Of a stretch of DNA of 64,000 nucleotides, positions 51,525 through 62,238 are shown piece by piece. The stretch lies in contig CAVZZA010000005.1 of NCBI GenBank assembly GCA_963779615.1, forward strand, positions 32,001 through 96,000, written 5' to 3'. The notes below the pieces were generated by a model, which had not been told where the DNA came from, searched no databases, and was given only the letters and a program-made list of their open reading frames with translations. Within the stretch, counting starts at the first letter, position 1. Each line of letters begins with the position of its first letter. The position numbers were made by a program, and so were the translations under genes. Source of the DNA: an uncultured Nitrososphaeraceae archaeon. GTDB lineage: Archaea; Thermoproteota; Nitrososphaeria; Nitrososphaerales; Nitrososphaeraceae.

Positions 51525-52925
51525 TTGAATAATAAACTAAAAACAATTCTAAATATCGAAGGTAAACCAATTTTTGAGACCATAAATACCAATTTAAACC
51601 CATTTGAAATTTTTAAACGACTATGCAGAATTTATAACGATATATTCATTTTTGAATCACTAGACGGACCCAAGGAATTAATCAAGTCCTCAATCATTGG
51701 TTTTGAACCAAAGTACAAGATAAAGTGCCTCTCAAAAAAATTACAGATTTTCAATGAAGAAAGAAAAATTGACGAAATTCCGATAAGTGATCCTTTAAAT
51801 ACGATAAATGAATTTTTTACAGAAGTTAAAAATAACGATTATCGCTACATAGGTGGCTTAGTTGGACACATAAATTATGAATCTATCAGATATTGGGAAA
51901 ATATCAAAGTTAAAAATAACGTTTTTCCCCTTATGGAATTCGGATTGTTTACAGACGGAATAATATACGACCATGACAAAAACAAATTAGAATATTTTTA
52001 CTATTTTAAATCCAAGTTAAAAAAAATTGAAAAGATTTTAAACGATAACCAATACCAAAATGAAAATATAAAAAAACAGGAATTTACTTGTAGTAATTTA
52101 ACGAGGAATATCGAAAAAAAAGAATTTATGAAGAAGGTACGTAAGGTAAAAAAATATCTCAATAATGGAGATATTTTTCAAACAGTTTTATCAAAAAAAA
52201 TAAAGTTTGATTGTGATGGAAAACCTCTATTTCTATATCAAAATCTCCGAAAAATAAATCCTTCACCATATATGTTTTATTTCAAATTAAACAAGAATGT
52301 TCTAATTGGCTCAAGTCCAGAGATGTTACTTAGAATCACAGAAAATAAAGTTGAAACATACCCAATTGCGGGATCAAGACCAGTAATGAAAGAAAAACAC
52401 TTGACTGAAAAATATAAAAATGAAATGCTTTGTGACGAAAAAGAAATAGCAGAGCATACGATGTTAGTTGATCTAGCAAGGAATGATTTGGGAAAAGTTT
52501 GCAAATTTGGAACAGTTAATACAGATGAACTAATGAGTGTTAAACAATTTAGCCATATTCAACATATTGTTTCGCATGTTACCGGCGAATTGGATAATAA
52601 ATACAGTGTATTTGATGCATTCAAAGCAGTATTTCCCGCAGGAACCGTTACTGGCGCTCCGAAGGTTAGATCAATGGAAATAATTAATGAATTAGAGCCT
52701 GAAAGTAGAGGACCCTATGCAGGTGCAATTGGTTACTTTTCTTTTAACAAGTCATGCGATTTTGCCATTACGATCAGATCGATTTTCATCAATAAAAATA
52801 GAGGATATAATCAATCAGGGGCTGGAATTGTAATTGATTCAATACCTGAAAATGAATATAAGGAAACAGAAGACAAGTCAAATGCGATATTATCATCGTT
52901 GGGTATTTTCAAAAATACACAATAA
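51525..52925 (+). CDS. trpE: Anthranilate synthase component I family (chorismate-binding)
   Basis: FES, GDIFQTVLS, NPSPYM, GSSPE, PIAGSR, EH.MLVDLARND, FPAGTVTGAPK. Confidence 0.82.
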   Translation: MNNKLKTILNIEGKPIFETINTNLNPFEIFKRLCRIYNDIFIFESLDGPKELIKSSIIGFEPKYKIKCLSKKLQIFNEERKIDEIPISDPLNTINEFFTEVKNNDYRYIGGLVGHINYESIRYWENIKVKNNVFPLMEFGLFTDGIIYDHDKNKLEYFYYFKSKLKKIEKILNDNQYQNENIKKQEFTCSNLTRNIEKKEFMKKVRKVKKYLNNGDIFQTVLSKKIKFDCDGKPLFLYQNLRKINPSPYMFYFKLNKNVLIGSSPEMLLRITENKVETYPIAGSRPVMKEKHLTEKYKNEMLCDEKEIAEHTMLVDLARNDLGKVCKFGTVNTDELMSVKQFSHIQHIVSHVTGELDNKYSVFDAFKAVFPAGTVTGAPKVRSMEIINELEPESRGPYAGAIGYFSFNKSCDFAITIRSIFINKNRGYNQSGAGIVIDSIPENEYKETEDKSNAILSSLGIFKNTQ

Positions 52926-52973
52926 TGATAATATAAAACAATATCATTCAGCAATTGTTTCAATGATAAACAA

Positions 52974-54359
52974 TCATAAATCCTTAGGAGGTACTGCAAA
53001 CTTGTTTGATATGTCAGAGTGATATTTTATCACTAAAGATGGATCCTTTTGTCTGCCTGTCAACACACCCACTACTGTTTCATCTTTTTGTATAATTTCC
53101 TTTTTTCTTAGTTTCATAATACCAGCAGGCACAGAACCTGAAGCCATTTCACAGTCAAATCCATTTATGCCCACCACAGACATACCATCCATCATATCTT
53201 CATCCATAACTTGTTCCACTACCCCATTTGTAAACTCAATAGTCCTTAATGCTTTTATTATATTTGCGGGTTTTCCAATTTGTATGGCTGTTGCCGGAGT
53301 TTTTGGAAAACGTTGATCTTTTCTTTGTTTTTCATAATACCTTTCTATTAAACCAATATTAGGGCACCCGTTATTCCATTGGAGCTTTGTATCTTCAAAT
53401 AAACCATTAACTAATTCATAAAAAGTATTGGCTCCTACCGCATTGACCACTAAAACACGAGGAATTTTTTTTATCCAGCCCCATTTGTATAGATCCATTA
53501 ACGCTTTTCCACAACTTGAAATATTTCCAAGAGCTCCCCCAGGATAAACTATCCAATCCGGAGGACTCCAATTCAAATGCTCAAGGATTCTGAAAACAAT
53601 AGTCTTTTGACCTTCCAGTCTAAAAGGATTTAAAGAATTTACCGTATATCCACCTTCATTTGTGGCAATCTCAAGAGACTTTGCAAGAGCGTCATCAAAA
53701 TTGCCATCAACTTGTATTACTTGTGCACCGAACTGAAATGCTTGTCCTAATTTTCCAGGGGCAATTTCACCTTTAGGTATATATACTTCACAATCCAAGC
53801 CTTCATTAGAAGCATACATAGCAGCAGATGCAGAGGTATTTCCCGTAGAAGCACATATTAATTTTTTAACCCCCAATAATTTTGCGTGTGTTACTGCTGC
53901 GGCCATACCGTTATCTTTAAAAGAACCACTTGGGTTATATCCTTCCGGTTGAAGGAAAAGATTATCAACAGGCATATCAATATAATTAGCAACCTTACTC
54001 ATCCTATACGGTCTAGACAATCTTCCTTCTGATCCATCCAAAGATACAAAATATTTAGAACATTCATTTATATCTCCTGTATCAATATCCAGAAAATTGA
54101 TGAGCTCTCTAAATCGCCATACTCCACTTTCGTTAAAAATATTGCCTCCATGATTAAGTCTTTGGAAGAAGGCATCAATTAATGATTTATCTGGATATTT
54201 ATGATATTCAATATCAATTAAATAACCACATGAACACCTATAAACATCATTTTCAACTGAATAGGTAAGTCCACATGAAGGATTGATACATTTCTTTTTT
54301 ACATTCAAATCATATTCGATTAAAGTTTCACCATTTGTATTTATAAACTTAAAATGCAA
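52974..54359 (-). CDS. thrC: Threonine synthase
   Basis: N-terminal Cys cluster, GVWRF, EGYNPSGSFKD, CASTGNTSAS, NSLNPFRLEGQKT; true start probably ~50 nt downstream of the ORF start. Confidence 0.85.
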   Translation of the reverse strand: MHFKFINTNGETLIEYDLNVKKKCINPSCGLTYSVENDVYRCSCGYLIDIEYHKYPDKSLIDAFFQRLNHGGNIFNESGVWRFRELINFLDIDTGDINECSKYFVSLDGSEGRLSRPYRMSKVANYIDMPVDNLFLQPEGYNPSGSFKDNGMAAAVTHAKLLGVKKLICASTGNTSASAAMYASNEGLDCEVYIPKGEIAPGKLGQAFQFGAQVIQVDGNFDDALAKSLEIATNEGGYTVNSLNPFRLEGQKTIVFRILEHLNWSPPDWIVYPGGALGNISSCGKALMDLYKWGWIKKIPRVLVVNAVGANTFYELVNGLFEDTKLQWNNGCPNIGLIERYYEKQRKDQRFPKTPATAIQIGKPANIIKALRTIEFTNGVVEQVMDEDMMDGMSVVGINGFDCEMASGSVPAGIMKLRKKEIIQKDETVVGVLTGRQKDPSLVIKYHSDISNKFAVPPKDL

Positions 54360-54370
54360 ATTATTAGCAT

Positions 54371-55342
54371 TTGAACAATACTTGTAACAAATTCAATAAC
54401 ATGCTAACTGATATTTGTAACAGAGAAAAACATGATGGAATATTGCTCTCTGGAGGATTAGATAGCAGCATACTTGCATATCATACGAGACCCAAGGATG
54501 CAGTTACAGTAACTATTGACAGTAATGCTCCAGATTACTTTTATTCTTCTCTAATAGCAAACAAAAAAAAATATTCTATGAATCATCATATGATTACCAC
54601 CTCATTCAAAGATATTCTATTAAATATAGAGGAATTAATTAAAGATTTTAAAACATTTGATCCCATTTTTCTAAAAAACTCCGTAGTTCAATATCTGGGA
54701 TTTAAAACGGCAAAAAAACTGAATATAACCTCAATGGTCATTGGAGATGGAGCAGATGAGATATTTGCAGGATATAATTTTTTACTTGAACATATTGACG
54801 AGCCTGCTAAAATTGAGTTAAAAATCAATTCACTCATTTCAAATATGGATTTTGCTTCTGTCAAACTATCCGATAAGTTGGGTTTAAAAATATTCCTTCC
54901 ATTTTTGGAACCAGAAATTATCGAATTCTCAAAGGAAATCACAATAGGAGACAAAATATCGAGACATCACGGCATTCCCTACGGAAAATATTTCCTAAGA
55001 AAATGTTATGAAAATATTTTAGGAAAAGAAGTGGCATGGAGGCAAAAAACTGCATTAGAAAATGGGTCAGGTGTTACCTTTTTAAAATACTATATCGACA
55101 ATACTCTGATAGATGATTATGAATACAGTGATCAGAGAGAAAAAGCAAAACTAGAAGGCGTAGAAATTAGAAATAAGGAACATCTCCATTTTTACAAAAC
55201 ATACAGAAAGTTTTTTGGCCCTCCAATTGAGGACAAATCTTTAGATGGTCATAACATTAAAAGATGCCCTTACTGCAAATCAATATTTTCATCAAAGGGA
55301 AAGTTTTGCAAAATTTGCGGAGCTTTTCCAGTTACATTCTAA
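54371..55342 (+). CDS. Asparagine synthase C-terminal-domain protein with terminal Zn ribbon
   Basis: LLSGGLDSS, GDGADEIFAGY, PFL, GK..LR, WRQK, CPYC...CKICG; no glutaminase domain. Confidence 0.8.
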   Translation: MNNTCNKFNNMLTDICNREKHDGILLSGGLDSSILAYHTRPKDAVTVTIDSNAPDYFYSSLIANKKKYSMNHHMITTSFKDILLNIEELIKDFKTFDPIFLKNSVVQYLGFKTAKKLNITSMVIGDGADEIFAGYNFLLEHIDEPAKIELKINSLISNMDFASVKLSDKLGLKIFLPFLEPEIIEFSKEITIGDKISRHHGIPYGKYFLRKCYENILGKEVAWRQKTALENGSGVTFLKYYIDNTLIDDYEYSDQREKAKLEGVEIRNKEHLHFYKTYRKFFGPPIEDKSLDGHNIKRCPYCKSIFSSKGKFCKICGAFPVTF

Positions 55343-55460
55343 AAAATTAGAATTAACACAGGATTGTATCCACGTATGCAAGTATCTATGGTTACTGGCC
55401 AAGAAAAAACGCCGATTTTATAAATAAAATGTGTTATGATAATATGGTTATACAAGAATT

Positions 55461-56126
55461 ATGTCTTTTAGTAACAAATGGATAAAACCTCAGCAAAACG
55501 AATTAAACAATGTAGGCATGAAGTTATTAGAAAATATTAAACCCCCATCCCCCCTCAAACCACGTATTGAAGAAGCTCAAAAAAGACTCCATTCACAAAT
55601 CTCAAAATTAGAAAATATGTCCATGAAGATGGAGGAGAAAGATCAAGCTATTTTTAAAAGAGTCATTAGCGCCATGCAAAGCCATGATAGCCAATATGCC
55701 AAAATATTATCAAACGAATTATCCCAAATAAGAAAAATGAATAAAATGATTACTTCTGCGAAATTGGCTCTAGAACAAATACAACTGAGATTGAACACAA
55801 TTACCGAGTTAGGCGATGTAATAGTAACATTAAGTCCTGCAATGTCAGTAATAAAAAACATACAGGGTGGTTTGACTTCAATGATGCCCGAGGCAGGCCA
55901 ATCATTTGGAAAGATAACCGATATACTAAATGGAATCATGAACGAGTCTGGGCAAATACCGCAAACAACAGAAATACCAGGAAATTCAAACAGTTTAGGC
56001 GAGGATGCAATGAAAATTATAGAAGAAGCCAGTGCAATAGTAGAACAAAACATGAAAGACAAATTTCCCGATTTGCCAAACACCACCATTGACGCAAAAG
56101 TAACTGAAAGCAATTCACTTTACTAA
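55461..56126 (+). CDS. CdvB/Snf7 (ESCRT-III) paralog
   Basis: Helical hairpin, NELSQIRK, LEQIQLRLNT..ELGD, IIEEAS..E, FPDLP. Confidence 0.85.
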   Translation: MSFSNKWIKPQQNELNNVGMKLLENIKPPSPLKPRIEEAQKRLHSQISKLENMSMKMEEKDQAIFKRVISAMQSHDSQYAKILSNELSQIRKMNKMITSAKLALEQIQLRLNTITELGDVIVTLSPAMSVIKNIQGGLTSMMPEAGQSFGKITDILNGIMNESGQIPQTTEIPGNSNSLGEDAMKIIEEASAIVEQNMKDKFPDLPNTTIDAKVTESNSLY

Positions 56127-56138
56127 AACCAATACTAT

Positions 56139-56477
56139 TTATTTTTTTTTATTTCCGCCATTAGAAATATTAATTATTTGTTTCTTTATTCTAGAAATGG
56201 TCGGATAACTATATCCTTTTTCACGATAACGTCTAATCATTATTTTCCAATTTTTCATCCTTATTTTTGCCTGCTTTGCATTCATCAAATAGGTTTCTTT
56301 CTTCACAATACTCTTCCGACCAGAATTTAAATAACCTCCCAGGGTCGCCCTATTTCTGTTGTAGGAAAATCTCAACCCAAAAACAATCAAATCTGGAGGC
56401 AGATTGTCAAAATAGTTTCTAATTTCATCATATTGAGATTTAGATCCATGGAACTCGAGAGAATATTTTTTTTTCAA
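56139..56477 (-). CDS. Basic hypothetical protein
   Basis: Uninterrupted 112-aa ORF; HTH-like GYSYPTISRI near the C-terminus. Confidence 0.6.
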   Translation of the reverse strand: MKKKYSLEFHGSKSQYDEIRNYFDNLPPDLIVFGLRFSYNRNRATLGGYLNSGRKSIVKKETYLMNAKQAKIRMKNWKIMIRRYREKGYSYPTISRIKKQIINISNGGNKKK

Positions 56478-56561
56478 TTCATACTTCTCCCTGAATTATG
56501 ATTTTGTGACAAGAATTATCAAACATTAAGAAAAATAATGATTCGATGATGAACACAACAA

Positions 56562-57131
56562 TTAAAATATTTTTAGCCCGCTATAATTGATGTTTTTTAA
56601 AAATTCGTCTATTTTGATCAAAATTACAGAAAAAGGATAATCAGGATTTTTATCAGAATCATTGTTGGAATAATATGGAGAAGCGATAAAGGTATTGAGA
56701 TTTAAGTTTTTTATTTTTTTTGATGAAACAACCCATATATTGTTTGTGTTTTTTTGAACCTTTGACAATTTTGCAATTGCCTCATCGATGTCCTCATCCC
56801 TATCTTTGAAAAAATGGATTGTAACTGCCTTATCACTGTCGGCTCTAAGGTTTTTAGAATTTGGAACAAGTACATCTATGGCAACACCATCTACGCTTAC
56901 TTTTCGCTCTGCGGGAATCATGGACACGGTTAAAACAAAATGCATTAACGCCTCAGCAAACAATACGAGTTCATCCTCAACTGGATTGCTTTCATTCAAC
57001 AAATTTGTACAATTATTCAAAAGTGAACTAATCACAGTTTTGGAATTAGATATATCTTCTGACAATAGAGATCTGATATGATTTTTCCCCATCTTGTCGA
57101 TTTCAGCATACAGAATTTCTTTGATTTCCAC
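56562..57131 (-). CDS. Hypothetical protein, possible degenerate PD-(D/E)XK fold
   Basis: 189-aa ORF; ERKV...IDVLVP segment. Confidence 0.6.
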   Translation of the reverse strand: MEIKEILYAEIDKMGKNHIRSLLSEDISNSKTVISSLLNNCTNLLNESNPVEDELVLFAEALMHFVLTVSMIPAERKVSVDGVAIDVLVPNSKNLRADSDKAVTIHFFKDRDEDIDEAIAKLSKVQKNTNNIWVVSSKKIKNLNLNTFIASPYYSNNDSDKNPDYPFSVILIKIDEFLKNINYSGLKIF

Positions 57132-57394
57132 TTTTCATTCATTATTTGTAAATACAATATTTATAAATTAATATACATAAAGTCAATAATATTATCAATA
57201 CCAAGAAATTGATAGTTTTATAGATAATAATATGATAACATACCAATTAGCAAATACACAATAACAAAATTTAATAATTTTATCTAAATTTGTTGGTTTA
57301 TTGTACGGATATTTGTGATGATTGGAATATAATGTTGTAACACTATCAAATCTCCGTAGGCTATAATCCAAACTTCTTCTATAACCATTAATTA

Positions 57395-58302
57395 TGGTGT
57401 TGTAGCAGTTGGAAGATACACAGAAAGAAAATCCATGTTTTCTTAAAAATCCGCTCTTACCTTTTTTGATTTGGAATGTTTGGTTATGCCTATCCATAAA
57501 TACATAACACCTTGGAAATTTGGAATGAATCATCATTAGAACATCCAGGAATGTAGCATCGTTGAATATATTATACTGAATGAAGAGATGCTTATTTCCC
57601 TCCAATGCTCATGACACCAAAAATACATGAATGCTTGTGAGCCTGTCACTCACCACAGGTCTTTCATTCTCTTTGTCAATACAAGTCTTCTTACCAAGGA
57701 ATCATAGAAAAAGAAGGATTCATTCAGTGATACTAGAGTAAAGCGTTTTTCTTCTTCTTCTTCTTGTTTATCTACAAATATCTGGATGACCTTTTTTTGA
57801 AAGCCTTCTTATCATCTTTGGATGCAAAAGTGTCAGCATGTACCTTTCTTGGTACCTTCTTCTGCTTGAAATCCCACTTGCAAAGGATGTGATATATGTG
57901 GGTATAATGGTATTTTATCCCGCCACTTTTTCTTACAATTATATCTTCAACCTGTTTTGTCGTCCAACCAATATTGCTGTCTTTCAGTTCTTTCTCAATC
58001 TGGAAACTAACCTCTTCAGATAGTTCGTGGGGTCTGCCGCTTTTGTGTCTGTTTTTTAATCCATTTATGCACCCTCTTTACAATATCTTTTTAGCCATTC
58101 ACAGGCCCATGCTCTACTTCTATGAAGGAGGCCTCTTGCTACATGAGCTGCTATAATACCATGATATACAACGTTGAAAACAAGCAGCATCCTTTCCTTT
58201 GTCTTTACATCCTGTTCAGATTAGTAGATCCTTTCAAAAGATTCTCTGGCAAGAGCCAAATGAGCAAGATGACAATGGAATTAACCCAGCTATGGGCACA
58301 TT
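57395..58302 (-). mobile_element. Degraded IS630-family element
   Basis: Minus-strand fragments SRAWACEWLKRY, KSGRP, GWTTKQV, KVPRKVH, A7 run at 57792-57798, ESFF, YVFMD, VYLP; many stops and frameshifts; boundaries approximate. Confidence 0.75.
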
Positions 58303-58574
58303 AAAAAATAAAAGGATGAGATAGTGTGGTTTTGATATCAAACTAACAGGTACATACAAAAAATGATTCTTTTAAATCAACTATTAATTCTATTGCGTTT
58401 TTGGTAATGAACGTGATATGTTATTTTGCACTATTTTTAAAATTTTATTATAGAGCATATCCGCAGTGTTAAGTATTGGTTCATAATTTGTTTGGATATA
58501 GTTATTAAGTGATACATCATTGAGAAAATCCTCTGAATTGTCTATATCGTCCTCATAATAGTTGAAACCGGTTA

Positions 58575-59356
58575 TTAGTTCACTTTTTTTGGATCTTTTC
58601 TTAATGCTACTAATACTGTTGCAACGGATGCCACTAGTAGATCCTGATTGCTGTTTAAGATGGAGGCCGCTCTTTGTTCTGCGATTTCCCTGAATTTGGA
58701 ATAATCTTCACCATCATTTAAATCACCGACATCTTTTTCCATCATTAGCAGTTGAGCAGATTTGATTTTTATTGAATTGGTTAATCTGCCAAGTTTTGAT
58801 TGGTATAGCTGAATAGTATTTATTGATTGTTCTATTTTATTTTGTAATTCTTTGTTTTTAGCTATCAAATCTCTGTTTTTGTCAACCGATGAGTCTATTG
58901 TTTTGACTCGTGTTTGCACCAATTCATCAAGTGACAGTAATTGGTCTGAATATTGCAAAATTTTTGATATACCTTTTTCATCTATTTCCTTTTACTTTAT
59001 AATTCTGTAAAATGTTGGAAATGATGGAATGTTGTTTTTTATTCCTTCTTCATACGCAGTGTCAATTTCATAAAGCCCTTTTAGTTTCCAAAAGTCCCTA
59101 TAAATTCTTTCTATCTCCTCTACACCCAAATCTAGTTCATTCGATACATCCAAAGGGGTTTTGCCCTGAGAGAATAGTTTTCTAGCTTGTGTGTCTTTTG
59201 ATACCGGTTTTGTCTCCTCTTCGCCATTTGATTTCTTTATTATTGAACTGATGCTTCCAGGCGACAAATGCTCTTCCTTAGCTATCTCCCTGTATGTTTT
59301 GCCTTGTTCACGGAGCTCTATAACACGTTTTTCTTTTCCTCTTTTTTTGATACCAT
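58575..59356 (-). pseudogene. HTH plus coiled-coil protein pseudogene
   Basis: VIELREQGKTYREIAK and ARKLFSQGKTPLDVS HTH-like repeats; frameshift near ATG 59356; in-frame TAA at 58992-58994 separates two same-frame ORFs. Confidence 0.65.
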
Positions 59357-60563
59357 CGCATTAGGTATGGTATAGAGTTAGTTTATAAAAGAATGAAAAA
59401 AAATATCTGTTTCTTGCTGTTATCTGAATGTTATCTAATGTTTTTTCCCTATTTGTGCATGTTTCTAAAATTTTTCATGGATACACCTGTTATTTCTTAA
59501 AATTTTTTGAGTTAGTTGAGAAGTGATTTATTATGTTTATTTATACAACATAAATAATATAATAGTCTCTAACGTGATTAGTTCTATCTATAGAATATTT
59601 AAAAACCTAATGTCCATTGAACATAATACGCAATACAAAATGTAAATTTTATAAATAATTATGGATTTATTGTAAAATTTTGGTATGTATCTTATTACCT
59701 GGGATCTATAATCATATTTTTCCATTCAAATATGCGATACTATGAAGGATCATCTAATTTTATTAAAAATTTACTTGATAATTGCTTTAGCTTGTAACTT
59801 TTAGATCTTTTGAAGAATCTTTTACACATTTATACAAATAATCGCTAACAATAATTATCAGTTGTTTTAAATCCTAACATGGATCTTATCATGAAAAATT
59901 CCTTATTTGGTATAGAAATAGTTGTAAAGCCGCGAGTTAAAGGGATATAAAAATATTGCAAATCAATTATCCCATGAAAGTTAGTGAAAAGGGCTCTACT
60001 CAAACCGTCAGTGATGAAGAACAACACGTTAGACACCTTATTGAACAGGTGCTGTTTACAGCTCAGGACATAAACAATACAGTGTATCTAAGATAGGACC
60101 GAAGGTTTAATATATATACTTAAGAATGATGATGAACCACTAATAAAAACGATAAGGTCTTCTTTAAAATACAGGATGATTTCATTTTATAAAATAAAAT
60201 TTAAACAAAATAATAAAATGTATATTTCATTCATTTAGAGTATTTGTAATAAATAAGAGTTGTTTCCGAGTCAACCGAAGTATTTAATACAATATTTATA
60301 ATATTTGGAATTAGTTCTTTATCTTTTAACTTTTCTATCCATTTATATATATTGGAAAATATAATATGTCTATAAAATTTACAACAATATATCAATTGAT
60401 ATTTTATACTAGAATTAGATACGTTATTTTTACTAGTACATATCATATATTAATTTATTAGTAAACAGTAACTTACTTTAAAATATATTTTTTGTAATTA
60501 TTTACATTACATAACTAGTTGTTATACTATACCTCTAGTAACATCATGATATGTGTACTGATA

Positions 60564-60585
60564 TTTCAAAACTCGAGTTTTGAAA
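60564..60585. promoter_or_regulatory. Perfect 22-bp palindrome upstream of bioA (candidate operator)
   Basis: TTTCAAAACTCGAGTTTTGAAA, 90 bp before the bioA ATG; function inferred. Confidence 0.5.
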
Positions 60586-60675
60586 GTATTAGATTAGAGT
60601 CATAAAAATAGAAAATAAATAAAAGAATAGGTTAATATTTGCAGAATAATTCAAATCAAATACTGTATAGTAACT

Positions 60676-62041
60676 ATGAAATCATTAGGTAAAGATGATA
60701 AACAATTTGTGTGGCATCCATACACCCAGATGAAAGACTGGATGCAACAGAATAACAAAGTAATAGTAAAAGGAGAAGGATTTTATCTTATAGATGTTGA
60801 TGGTAACAGATACCTCGACGGTATTGCAAGTATGTGGTGTAATGTCTGGGGTCATGGACAAAATGTAGTTACAGACGCCATGGTTGATCAGATAAGGACT
60901 CTTCAACATTCAACCCTATTTGGATTGGCTAACGAACCTTCAGTAACCCTTGCAGAAAAACTGTTAAAAATATCAAAAGGTATGGAGAGGGTCTTTTATA
61001 CAGATAATGGTTCCACTGCAGTAGAAGTTGCATTAAAGATGGCACTACAATATTATGCCAATATAGGTAAACCTGAAAAAAATCGCTTTATTTCTATTCA
61101 AAATGGATATCATGGAGATACCGCCGCCGCAATGTCTGTCGGATACATACAAAAATATTTTGGAGCATACGAATCTTTGTTAACACCGGTATTTCAAGCA
61201 TCAAGTCCTTCATGTAATTATAACAACAATAGAAACAGAGAAAAGGATAGAAAAAAAGAACTTACAGATTTTATAGACAGATGTATAGAAAAAACAGAAA
61301 ACATATTCAAAAAATACAGTAAAAAGTGCTGTGCACTTGTAATGGAAAGCGGAGCTCAAATAGCAGGAGGCGTAATAATATATCCTCCCAATTACCAGAA
61401 AAGAATTGCCGAGCTTTGTCAGAAGTATGACGTACTATTTCATACTTGACGAAATTGCAACTGGTTTTGGGAGACTTGGAAATATAATAGAATATATAGC
61501 ACAGAACTCCACTCCAGATATTGTTTGTTTTGGGAAATCCCTAACTGCAGGCTATTTTCCCCTAGCGGTTACCCTCACAACAAATAAAATTTATGAATCG
61601 TTTCTGGGAGAATATAGTGAAAATAAACAATTATATCACGGCCACACATTTACAGGGAACCCCATAGGATGTGCCACTGCAATAGCAAATATTGAAGAAT
61701 ACCAACGCCAAAAATTGATTCAGCAAATAAGACAAAATAGTAAGTATATTTTAAATAGATTAAAGGAGTTAGAATCTTGCAGCATCATAACAGATATTCG
61801 TCACAAGGGACTGTTAACTGGAATGGTACTAGAAAAAAACGGAAAGCCAATTGAGATTCTCAAAGATAAGCAAAGGTTAAACTATTTTGTAATGAAAGAA
61901 TCATTGAAAATGGGTGTTTTTTTAAGGTCCCTCGGAAACATATTGATGTTTATCCCCCCATTAGCAATAAAACAAAAGGATCTGGACAAAATTATTGATG
62001 TTCAGTTTAAACTCATTAAAATGATAGAACATAACGTCTAA
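60676..62041 (+). CDS. bioA: 7,8-diaminononanoate (DAPA) aminotransferase, apparent +1 frameshift at ~61438
   Basis: VWHPYTQM, DGIASMW, DNGSTAVEVALKMA, YHGDT. Removing one T gives VLFILDEIATGFGRLG, FGKSLTAGY, HGHTFTGNP. Confidence 0.92.
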
Positions 62042-62238
62042 AAATATAGATGTATTTATTTTCTAATTGTTTTGATCTGTCAAGTTGAGAAAAATTCCTA
62101 AACTTTTCAATTTGGTGATCAGTAATCTTCGTTATAAAAAAATATTATAAAATTATATATCGCATTAATTTTAGATAATGTTAAAAGTTCGATTTTGGTC
62201 TGTGAACCAGATATTTTTTATTAAATGTCTGACGGCTA

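Noticed and set aside
59450-60560. Long AT-rich gap as a replication origin or CRISPR leader
   Set aside because: No ORB-like repeats, no cdc6, no repeat-spacer array; only fragmentary ORFs (59845-60036, 60231-60446) without recognisable motifs
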